From contig CAVBBF010000003.1 in the NCBI GenBank assembly GCA_963593735.1, positions 72 to 64,071 of the forward strand: 64,000 nt of DNA, given 5' to 3'. Position 1 is the first letter of the stretch. Each line of letters begins with the position of its first letter. This DNA comes from Phascolarctobacterium succinatutens. GTDB taxonomy: Bacteria; Bacillota; Clostridia; Christensenellales; CAG-917. This document shows positions 27,579 to 35,106 of this stretch, one piece after another. Position numbers and translations under genes: made by a program. The notes under the pieces are model-generated. The model worked only from the letters and a program-made list of their open reading frames with translations, made no database searches and had not been told where the DNA came from.

Positions 27579-27906
27579 GGAAGTGTATCGAAGTGGTCAA
27601 GGCAATACGCACAGCGAGCCTTGAATGCCCACTTCCAAATGCTTACCAGCAATACAATACGGAAGTGTATCGAAGTGGTCAAGGCAATACGCACAGCGTG
27701 CCTTGAATGCCCACTTCCAAATGCTTACCAGCAACACAATAAGGAAGTGTATCGAAGTGGTCAAGGCAATACGCACAGCGTGCCTTGAATACCCACTTCC
27801 AAACGCTTGCCGCCAACACAATAAGGTAGTGTATCGAAGTGGTCAAGGCAGTACGCACAGCGAGCCTTGAATGCCCACTTCCAAACACGCACCGACAACA
27901 TTATAC
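27579..27906 (+). repeat. Tandem array of four 82-bp units. Each unit is a 58-nt truncated tRNA-Ser-like module plus a 24-nt linker.
   Basis: The modules start at 27579, 27661, 27743 and 27825, and the next 82-bp step at 27907 is the real tRNA. The module sequence is GGAAGTGTATCGAAGTGGTCAAGGCAATACGCACAGCGAGCCTTGAATGCCCACTTCC. Its first 21 nt are identical to the tRNA-Ser 5' end. Its 3' end TTGAATGCCCACTTCC resembles the tRNA's TTCGAATCCCACCGCTTCC. It folds with a 7-bp acceptor-like stem (GGAAGTG/CACTTCC) and an internal 7-bp hairpin (TCAAGGC/GCCTTGA). Confidence 0.85.
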
Positions 27907-27997
27907 GGAAGTGTATCGAAGTGGTCATAACGGCCCGCACTCGAAATGCGGTAACGGGGTAACTCGTTCGTGGGTTCGAATCCCACCGCTTCCGCCA
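27907..27997 (+). tRNA. tRNA-Ser (anticodon CGA), class II with a long variable arm, CCA encoded
   Basis: The sequence is GGAAGTGTATCGAAGTGGTCATAACGGCCCGCACTCGAAATGCGGTAACGGGGTAACTCGTTCGTGGGTTCGAATCCCACCGCTTCCGCCA. The anticodon arm is CCGCA-CTCGAAA-TGCGG and the T-arm is GTGGG-TTCGAAT-CCCAC. Confidence 0.9.
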
Positions 27998-28001
27998 ACG
28001 C

Positions 28002-28038
28002 CTGAAACCCTACTGTTTAGTAGGGTTTCAGCGTTTTA
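28002..28038 (+). terminator. Rho-independent terminator after tRNA-Ser
   Basis: The hairpin is CTGAAACCCTACT-gttt-AGTAGGGTTTCAG (28002-28031), followed by CGTTTTA. Confidence 0.75.
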
Positions 28039-28040
28039 GG

Positions 28041-28102
28041 CGGTGGGATTCGAGGCATTTGACGTTGCAAATGCCTCGGCGTGCATCGCACGCCGAACCC
28101 AC
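28041..28102 (-). other. Inverted remnant of a tRNA 3' half, with a 42-nt double-hairpin insertion in the T-loop
   Basis: The minus strand reads GTGGGTTC[GGCGTGCgatGCACGCC GAGGCATTTGcaacgtCAAATGCCTC]GAATCCCACCGCC. The flanking parts match the tRNA-Ser T-arm GTGGGTTCGAATCCCACCGC. Confidence 0.6.
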
Positions 28103-28488
28103 TTGCTCGTGGCTGACGCTTCGTTATGCGAGTAAACTCGCTCACTTCGCTATTACGCTCGATTCTCTCGCTACGAATCCCATTTGGCAGGGCGGGAGGG
28201 ATGTTATTTGCGCAGCAAAGACTTGCGCCGCAATTACAATCTGGGATTATAAGGTGCGCAACAGTCCGATAATAATTTTTGTAAAATGTTGCAATTTTTC
28301 GTAATGCGATATTGACACAATCGCAATATGTTGAGAAGATCTAAAAAATCGACATATACTTTGAGTTTTTCCCTCTTGGGGACGAACTATAACGATGCGT
28401 CGTTTTTATAAAAACAATAGGGCAAGGAATGAACCTTGCCCCTGTCGTTAATCTTTGTATTTTCGAGTATAAGTAGTACTTGCCGTTT

Positions 28489-28608
28489 TTTTCTGTAACC
28501 TTTTCTGTAACCTTTTCTGTAACCCTTTTTCATGACACTATCTATGACATTTACACCGCCAATTACACCGCCAATTACACCGCCATTTACACCGACATTT
28601 ACACCGAC
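28489..28608. repeat. Two adjacent 12-bp tandem repeat blocks
   Basis: TTTTCTGTAACC occurs three times (28489-28524). (A/C)ATTTACACCG(C/A)C / AATTACACCGCC occurs five times (28549-28608). Confidence 0.8.
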
Positions 28609-28766
28609 ATGGACGACAGCCTTGTCGCTGTTGCCCACGATTGCGGTCAAAGGGGAAGGATCAATTTGTATTTTGGCATAAGGGTGCGAATGAAAAACGG
28701 TGAAAAGCCTGAATGCGAGAGAAGTGTATCAAAATAATCCGCTGAGTTGGGGCGGAAAAGTTTTTG

Positions 28767-28795
28767 TTGCATATAGTGCGATTGTGGAGTATAAT
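28767..28795 (+). promoter_or_regulatory. Sigma-70-type promoter
   Basis: TTGCAT (28767-28772), a 17-nt spacer, then TATAAT (28790-28795), 28 nt upstream of the ATG at 28823. Confidence 0.6.
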
Positions 28796-28822
28796 TAACT
28801 TATTAATTTTAGGGGTAAAATT

Positions 28823-29572
28823 ATGGCAAAACAACTTTCAAAAACCGAGAAGGTGCTTTTTACGCTTTTAGGGCTTTCGGTGGCAATCATCATTTTGGGC
28901 ATACTGTTCTTGCTCAACGCGATGCAGGATATGGACAATCCCGACAACATCGCGTTTTTCAAGGCTTTCAGCAGAATAGACAACGTTCTTGCAAAGTACA
29001 TCGTCGTCATTCTCACGATGAGCGCAGGGATTATGCTCTTTTCAAACGTGGCGTTGAACTTCTCGAATAGAAAACTTCGCAACGGACTCACGATAGGCAT
29101 AACGACGTTCGCGTTTGTGCTTACGCTTCCGCTTGTGTACGTTTTTATCGCGATACTTCCGCTTGCGGCAAAGGCGACCACGACTGGCATACCGGCGTTT
29201 GAAGAATTGTTCGTCGTGGATCAAGTTATGCGTACGGACAACATTCTCAAAGGCTTTATCGCGTGGTTTGGCGGCGGCGCGTTTCTTTGGGTGGTGCTTG
29301 TGTTTATGCTCTTGCTCTCGATACTGTTCTTGCTCGAACCGCTTTGTGCGGGCATATGCGTGACAAAGGGCAAAATCCTCAACATCGTAGGCAAGAATAA
29401 GGACGGAAAGGTGAGATTGTTCTGCACGGACGAACTTCCCGTTCTCAAAAAGCAACGCGAAGAAGCCGAGCGCAATTTCGCTTGCGAGGGAAGCGAGGAA
29501 AGCGAGGAAGCGACTTTGGCGGACGTAATAACCGCAATATCGGAGCCTGCTTGCGACATCGAAGAGGACTGA
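28823..29572 (+). CDS. Hypothetical integral membrane protein (about 5 TM helices, acidic C-terminal tail)
   Basis: This is a 249-aa ORF with an AGGGG RBS, several long hydrophobic segments, and both a promoter and a terminator. No family was recognised. Confidence 0.75.
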   Translation: MAKQLSKTEKVLFTLLGLSVAIIILGILFLLNAMQDMDNPDNIAFFKAFSRIDNVLAKYIVVILTMSAGIMLFSNVALNFSNRKLRNGLTIGITTFAFVLTLPLVYVFIAILPLAAKATTTGIPAFEELFVVDQVMRTDNILKGFIAWFGGGAFLWVVLVFMLLLSILFLLEPLCAGICVTKGKILNIVGKNKDGKVRLFCTDELPVLKKQREEAERNFACEGSEESEEATLADVITAISEPACDIEED

Positions 29573-29592
29573 TGTTTTTGGACGAATTCAAC

Positions 29593-29625
29593 AAGGCAAC
29601 CGCGTAGACGGCGGTTGCCTTTTTA
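29593..29625 (+). terminator. Rho-independent terminator
   Basis: AAGGCAACCGC-gtagacg-GCGGTTGCCTT followed by TTTTA. Confidence 0.75.
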
Positions 29626-29701
29626 TGTTATTTTTGATTTTATTTTTCAAAAAACATCGTTTATATGCCTTAAACGAGCGGATAAACGACCGATATTGCG
29701 A

Positions 29702-31359
29702 TTATTGTTCGTTTTGTTCGGTATTCGATTTATGCTTTCTGTTTGAGAAAAGGTGCTTTCTCGGTTTTACGATTTCGTCCACGGACACTTTGAAATTGTC
29801 GTAGTCCACACATTCGGCTTGTATGCTCAATTCGTCGCCGACTTGCAAGACCGTATCCGAAGCGGGAACGATTGAAACGCCGTCGCGCTTTATCGAGCGT
29901 ATGAGCAAGTTGTTGGGCCAAAGCACGTCGCGGATGGGTTTGTGCATGGCAATCGAGCCGTCCTCGACGGTTGCGACGTAAGTTTGTTTGGTGAGGTGGA
30001 CGTGTTGCTCGTCGAGAATGCTGTCGAGCAGTTCGTCGTAGATAGACCTTGCTCCCGACACTTCGCTCACCATATATCCGAAGGACACGCCCAAGACGAC
30101 GGGTACGAGCAGAGTGAATTGCCACGTCAATTCCACGACCATAATTATTGCCGTAAGCGGCGCTTTGACGATTGTGGCAAAGAACGTTGCCATACAAATC
30201 ATAACGATGCAATCGGCGTATTCGGCAGGCATACCCCAAACGACGCCGAGTTTTGCCACGAGAGCGCCGATACACGCACCTATTGCGAGCATAGGATGAA
30301 TATTCCGCAAGGCACGCCTGCGCCGAGATTTAGCGCGGTGGCAATGACCCTCATCACGAGCACGAGGATAAGCGTAACCACGACGGGCGACGAGAATATG
30401 TTCGCGACATTTTGCCGGGCTGTTCCGCCGTGCGTTCCCAACGACTCGATAAACGAGTGGCCGCCGCCCATAACGGAAGCGGTGATAAGTCCGAAAACGC
30501 CTGCGAATATAAACGGGAACAGCAGTTTAAGATAGGTTGTAGCAAGGGTGTTTTTGGTTTGTATTTTTGCAAAAAGTTTTTTGGACAGCAAGCAAAGATT
30601 GTAAAATCCGAATCCGCCAATGCCGCTCACTACGGCGGCAAGCACGACGAATCCGTAACTTTTTAGTGGCATTTGAATGAGACTGAAAGAGGAAAAAATT
30701 GCCTCGACGGGCATATTCATAAAACCGTAGAGCGCGTTTCTCGTTATGATTGCGCTAAGCACCGACGAGAATGCGCAAATGAAGATAGCGGGCGTAAAAC
30801 GTCTGTGCGCTTCTTCGAAGGCGAATGTGATTCCCGTAAGCGGCGCATTGAAAGCGACTGCAAGACCTGCGCACGCGCCGCCTGTGATTTGGTAGCGTTT
30901 TTCCATATCCGTACAGCGCAAAAGTTTGCTTGTGCCTTCGCCGCAAGTCGCGCCGATAAACATACTCGGACCTTCCGCGCCTGCCGTCAAGCCCGACAGT
31001 ATGCACACGAGGCAAGAAGCCGCCATAGCGGGCAGGGATTTGTACCATTTGAGTTCGAGCAAGCCTCTTGCCGCGCCTTCCGTTTGAGGGATGCCGCTTC
31101 CGCGAACCATTGGAACGAACTTTGAAACGGTGGCGATTGCAAAAGCGATTATTGCAAGCGCAGCGAAAAGCAGGGGAACGAAAGCGGGGTTCTCTCGCAC
31201 CAGAGCGTAGATGTCTTTCGCGTACTTCGAGAATAAATCCGCAGCGATATTGAAAAACGTCACGACGATACCCGCAAGGATGCCGGTTACGATACCCACC
31301 GCCATAAGTTGAACGCCGTGCCTATACAATCTTGACAAAATGTTTTTGTTCATAGTCAT
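29702..31359 (-). pseudogene. ClC-family chloride/proton channel with a C-terminal TrkA-C (RCK_C) domain, split by a 1-nt frameshift near 30296
   Basis: The upstream ORF (30280-31359) carries the GSGIPQ and GAEGPSMFIGA selectivity motifs and ends in ...GAGVPCGIFI. The downstream ORF (29702-30310) continues in another frame with PMLAIGACIGALV..., completing the conserved G-I-F-x-P-x-L-x-I-G-A motif. It then carries an RCK_C-like domain (LLIRSIKRDGVSIVPASDTVLQVGDELSI). Confidence 0.65.
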
Positions 31360-31386
31360 ATGCCGTTTGATGTCAAATCCGCTTGC

Positions 31387-31415
31387 ATTATAGTTGCGTT
31401 CGCGAGGAAAAGCAA
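31387..31415 (-). promoter_or_regulatory. Sigma-70-type promoter of the ClC gene
   Basis: The minus strand reads TTGCTT (31410-31415), a 17-nt spacer, then TATAAT (31387-31392). Confidence 0.55.
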
Positions 31416-31445
31416 CCGAAAAGCGAACAATTCAAACATTAAAAA

Positions 31446-32429
31446 TCAATCGTTTTCATACAATGCGAGCGTTTTTTTGAGTTTTGCGACCACGTTTTCG
31501 CGCAAAGAGAGTGGGGATAGCACCTCGACGTTGCGGTTGTATTGCAGCACCCAGTAGAGCATAGCCTTTTCGCTTGCGACGATTGTCGCGACGAAATATT
31601 TATCGTCGAGTTTCTTTGCGGTGAAGTTTGTGCCGAACCAGTCGTAGAGGGTGTCCGCCATTCCTATCCAGCATTTGAGGGTGATTGCGACGGGCGCGTC
31701 GTTGTACATATACGGCAAAGACGTTGCGATGCGCTTGTAGTCTATGCCTTTTTCAAACCCGACGTTTTCACGCAAGGGTTTTGCGTCGTCGTCAAGCACT
31801 TCGATGTCGGTGATTTTGTCCATACGGTAGAATCCCACTTCGTCAAACATCTCGTCGAACATCATAAGGTAGTAGCGTTGATTGTGCAAAAGCATTTGGT
31901 ATGGCGAGCCGACGTGCGGCTTTGAAACGTGCAACTTTTTGTCGAGCCCGATTTTGTTGTAGTTGAAACTGATTTTCTTGCCCTGCTCGATAGCCTCGTC
32001 TATGACATCGATGTTGTAGAAAAACGCTTTGTTGTCCGACTTATCCCATTCCTTGACCGAATAGACGTGCTTGACGTGTGATTTGAAGTTGCGACCGCCC
32101 AGCGCAATGAGTTTGTTTATCAACTGTTCGGAGTGGGTGGAATTGACGTTTCTTGAGGAAAGCACACTGTCGATTAGAAGGCGAAGTTCGGCGTTTTCGA
32201 GTTTACGCGAGGCAAGATAGGTTCCGTTTGCGGCGGATTCGATATCGAATCCCATTTCTTTTAGATAGGACACGTTTCTGCCCACCGCCTTTCTCTCGCA
32301 GGGGATGTCGTAGTCGCGCTCCAATATGTCGATTATGTTTTGTTGCGTAAGGGGATGATCCGCATCGCTGTATTCGTCGAGAATTTGATATATCCGCATA
32401 ATCAGAGTCTTTTTCGCTTCCAGTGCCAT
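31446..32429 (-). CDS. HTH plus WYL domain transcriptional regulator
   Basis: The N-terminal winged-HTH-like segment is IYQILDEYSDADHPLTQQNIIDILERDYDIPCERKAVGRNVSYLKEMGF. The central WYL-type segment is ISFNYNKIG...YQMLLHNQRYYLMMFDEMFDEVGFYRMDKITDIEVL. Confidence 0.85.
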   Translation of the reverse strand: MALEAKKTLIMRIYQILDEYSDADHPLTQQNIIDILERDYDIPCERKAVGRNVSYLKEMGFDIESAANGTYLASRKLENAELRLLIDSVLSSRNVNSTHSEQLINKLIALGGRNFKSHVKHVYSVKEWDKSDNKAFFYNIDVIDEAIEQGKKISFNYNKIGLDKKLHVSKPHVGSPYQMLLHNQRYYLMMFDEMFDEVGFYRMDKITDIEVLDDDAKPLRENVGFEKGIDYKRIATSLPYMYNDAPVAITLKCWIGMADTLYDWFGTNFTAKKLDDKYFVATIVASEKAMLYWVLQYNRNVEVLSPLSLRENVVAKLKKTLALYEND

Positions 32430-32473
32430 AATTTGTTCCTTTTCGGTAAAAATTTTTTATAAAAATCGATCGA

Positions 32474-32491
32474 TGTACCGATTTCGGTACA
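32474..32491. promoter_or_regulatory. Candidate operator: the palindrome TGTACCGA-tt-TCGGTACA overlapping the WYL gene transcription start
   Basis: This is an 8+8 perfect inverted repeat. On the minus strand it sits immediately downstream of the predicted -10 box. Confidence 0.5.
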
Positions 32492-32492
32492 C

Positions 32493-32521
32493 AGTATAGC
32501 ATATTATATGCTTGCAAGCAA
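32493..32521 (-). promoter_or_regulatory. Sigma-70-type promoter of the WYL regulator gene
   Basis: The minus strand reads TTGCTT (32516-32521), a 17-nt spacer, then TATACT (32493-32498). Confidence 0.55.
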
Positions 32522-32561
32522 GAGAGAAAACAAAATACACCGCTTGACAAGGAGAAGGAAA

Positions 32562-32678
32562 ATGAAATTTTATATGACGCATATCAACAATCAGTCGAGA
32601 ATCAACAATTCGCAAATCGCAACCAAAGACGGCAAAATCGTGTTTGTGCGCATAAGCCTTATGCGCAAAGCGTCCTGA
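32562..32678 (+). CDS. Possible 38-aa small protein (MKFYMTHINNQSRINNSQIATKDGKIVFVRISLMRKAS), divergent from the WYL regulator
   Basis: It has a strong RBS, AAGGAGAAGG, 7 nt before the ATG, and a plus-strand terminator about 60 nt downstream. It is too short to appear in the ORF track and shows no recognisable family. Confidence 0.3.
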   Translation: MKFYMTHINNQSRINNSQIATKDGKIVFVRISLMRKAS

Positions 32679-32738
32679 CGTTTTCAACGAGCGTTTGCTC
32701 GACGACATAGTGGGTCATCCACCTTTACTCCTTTTTTT

Positions 32739-32779
32739 GAAAGCCCGACAAAACCCTGATGGTCGGGCTTTCGGTTTTT
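32739..32779 (+). terminator. Rho-independent terminator (plus strand)
   Basis: GAAAGCCCGAC-(12-nt loop)-GTCGGGCTTTC followed by GGTTTTT. Confidence 0.65.
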
Positions 32780-32928
32780 GGAGTCTAAGCATTTGCAATG
32801 GAGATGCTCTGTCAATCTCTGAAAGACGGCGGCAAATTCTGACATAATCGAAAAGGGACATATAATAGCAGAAACGGCACTTAAACTGCCGTTTCTGCTT
32901 TAATAAAATATTGATATTTGCTTTTGAA

Positions 32929-34113
32929 TTAGTTTTGGTTGTATTCGTTATACAACTTTTCAAACACGGGAAGAGAGCGTTTTATGACGTCGAGGCTCAC
33001 ACAGTACGCAATACGGACGTAGCCTTTTGCACCGAAATCGTCGCAGGGAACAAGCAACAATCCGAGTTTTTTCGCATTGTCGGCAAAGGCGTTCGCGTCG
33101 TCTTCGAGCGACTTTACGAGAAGATAAAACGCGCCGTCGGGACGTACGCAAGTATAGCCGATTTTTGTCAATGAGGCGTAAAGCAAGTTGCGGTTTGTGC
33201 GGTAAAAATCGATGTCGGGCAGAGCGTCCACGCATTTTTCGATCACTCGTTGGTAGGTGCTCGGAGCGCAAACGTAACCGAGCGCGCGACCTGCGCCGCA
33301 TATTGCAAGATACAAATCTTTTGCGCCGCTCGCTTTCGGGTTTACCGCAATATAGCCTATACGCTCACCGGGCAAGGACAAACTCTTTGAATAACTGTAA
33401 CACACGATTGCGTCCGCATAAAAATTCATTGCATACGGCACTTCCACGTCGTAGGCAAGTTCGCGATACGGCTCGTCCGATATTATGAAAATCGGGTGCG
33501 AGAAAAGCGCGCTTTTTTTGCTTAAAATCCCCGATATTTTTTCAATCGTTTCGGCAGAGTACACAACGCCGCTCGGGTTGTTCGGGGAATTTATTATGAC
33601 CGCTTTCGTCTTTTCCGTTATAGCGTTTTCGAGCGCGACGAGATTCGGGGTGAAGTCTTTTTCGTCAAAGGGGACGACGACGGGCGTGCCGCCTGCCGCT
33701 TTTATGAAAACTTCGTATTCGGGAAAGTACGGGGCGAGGATGACAAATTCGTCGCCGCATTCGTTGAGCGCGCGAAGAGTTATGCAAAGGGAAGCCGCCG
33801 CGCCGCAAGTCATATAGATATAATCAGAGGTTATTTCAACGTCGAAACGGCGGCGTATGTTGTGCGCAATCGCTTCTCTCACGCCTTTTCCGCCTTGCGC
33901 CGACGTGTAGCCGTGAAGCGCAATCGGATTTTCGTCTGCAAGCGACAAAATCGCCTCTTTTACGCAGTCGGGAGAGGGCGTGTTGGGATTGCCGAGCGAA
34001 AAGTCGAACACGTTGTCCTTGCCGACTTTTTCGGCGCGTTGCTTGCCGTATTCAAACAACTCTCTTATCGACGAGCGTTTGCTTCCGAGCGTGTACATAT
34101 CTTTGTTGAACAT
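32929..34113 (-). CDS. PLP-dependent class I/II aminotransferase (aspartate/aromatic aminotransferase-like)
   Basis: This is a 394-aa ORF. The PLP-lysine motif is YSYSKSLSLPGERIGY, and INSPNNPSG is also present. Confidence 0.9.
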   Translation of the reverse strand: MFNKDMYTLGSKRSSIRELFEYGKQRAEKVGKDNVFDFSLGNPNTPSPDCVKEAILSLADENPIALHGYTSAQGGKGVREAIAHNIRRRFDVEITSDYIYMTCGAAASLCITLRALNECGDEFVILAPYFPEYEVFIKAAGGTPVVVPFDEKDFTPNLVALENAITEKTKAVIINSPNNPSGVVYSAETIEKISGILSKKSALFSHPIFIISDEPYRELAYDVEVPYAMNFYADAIVCYSYSKSLSLPGERIGYIAVNPKASGAKDLYLAICGAGRALGYVCAPSTYQRVIEKCVDALPDIDFYRTNRNLLYASLTKIGYTCVRPDGAFYLLVKSLEDDANAFADNAKKLGLLLVPCDDFGAKGYVRIAYCVSLDVIKRSLPVFEKLYNEYNQN

Positions 34114-34197
34114 AAACTCACCTCGTATATTATGGAATTATACCACTTGTATTGCCGTTTTTCAAGTGATATAATTTAGGCAGAGAAGGTAAAACAT

Positions 34198-34962
34198 ATG
34201 GCAAACGAGTTTGACGACAAAACCATCGCCGCTTTGGGCGATTTGAAAGCGGCAATCGAAAACTCTCGACGTATAGTCGTATTGACGGGTGCAGGCGCGT
34301 CCGTTCCGAGCGGCATACCCGACTTTCGCAGTGCGCACGGATTGTATTCCACGCCCTTTGGCAACTATCCCGCCGAAACCGTAATTTCGCACGACTTTTT
34401 CCTTTCGCATCCTAAAGAGTTTTACGATTTTTACAAGAGCAAAATGATATACGAAAACGCAAAGCCAAACGCAATGCATTTGCTCTTGGCGAGGCTTGAA
34501 AAGGGAGGTAGAATCGAGGGCATTGTCACGCAAAACATCGACGGATTGCACCAAGCGGCAGGCAGTGAAAAGGTGTTTGAACTGCACGGCTCGATCGAGC
34601 GCAACAGATGCGAGCGGTGCCACAAGTTTTTTGATTTGAATTATATTGTATCTCACGACGGAGTGCCGCATTGCGACGAGTGCGGCGGCATAATAAAACC
34701 CGAAGTCGTACTGTACGGCGAAAATCTCGACGAGCGAGTTTTGCGCGGCGCAATCGGGGCTATTCGGCAAGCGGATATGCTGATTGTCGTCGGCACGTCT
34801 TTGGTTGTATATCCTGCCGCAGGGCTTGTGGGATATTTTGCGGGCGACGTCACGGCGGTGATAAACAAGTCAAGCACTTATTTCGATTCGCAAGCGGATA
34901 TTTTGCTCAACGAGGATTGCGAAGCGGTGGCAAGGTGGCTTGACTCAAATTTGTGCTTATAA
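34198..34962 (+). CDS. cobB: NAD-dependent protein deacylase, Sir2 family
   Basis: It carries GAGASVPSGIPDFRS and TQNIDGLH, plus the zinc ribbon CERC...CDECGG. Confidence 0.9.
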   Translation: MANEFDDKTIAALGDLKAAIENSRRIVVLTGAGASVPSGIPDFRSAHGLYSTPFGNYPAETVISHDFFLSHPKEFYDFYKSKMIYENAKPNAMHLLLARLEKGGRIEGIVTQNIDGLHQAAGSEKVFELHGSIERNRCERCHKFFDLNYIVSHDGVPHCDECGGIIKPEVVLYGENLDERVLRGAIGAIRQADMLIVVGTSLVVYPAAGLVGYFAGDVTAVINKSSTYFDSQADILLNEDCEAVARWLDSNLCL

Positions 34963-34986
34963 CGCAATAACAAATGATTATATATA

Positions 34987-35016
34987 CAAAAACGGCGCAT
35001 AAAGTGCCGTTTTTTG
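34987..35016. terminator. Bidirectional terminator between the convergent cobB and glmS genes
   Basis: The hairpin is ACGGCGC-ataaa-GTGCCGT, flanked by an A-run on the left and a T-run on the right. Confidence 0.6.
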
Positions 35017-35106
35017 TATGTTGCGCAATATAAATCATTAACAATATTTGTCGCTTTTCTATAAATATATTGCCTCCTTTTGACTGCGTCGCGCATATGC
35101 TTTTTG

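Noticed and set aside
27579-27906. The 82-bp periodic array considered as a CRISPR array.
   Set aside because: The 24-nt 'spacers' are homologous to one another (degenerate copies). The repeats are clearly derived from the adjacent tRNA-Ser, the period continues exactly into the tRNA gene, and no cas genes are present in the window.
27597-28039. ORFs of 66-81 aa on both strands across the tRNA-like array (27597-27821, 27625-27870, 27679-27888, 27839-28039).
   Set aside because: They are repeat-generated frames overlapping a tRNA gene, and they have no RBS.
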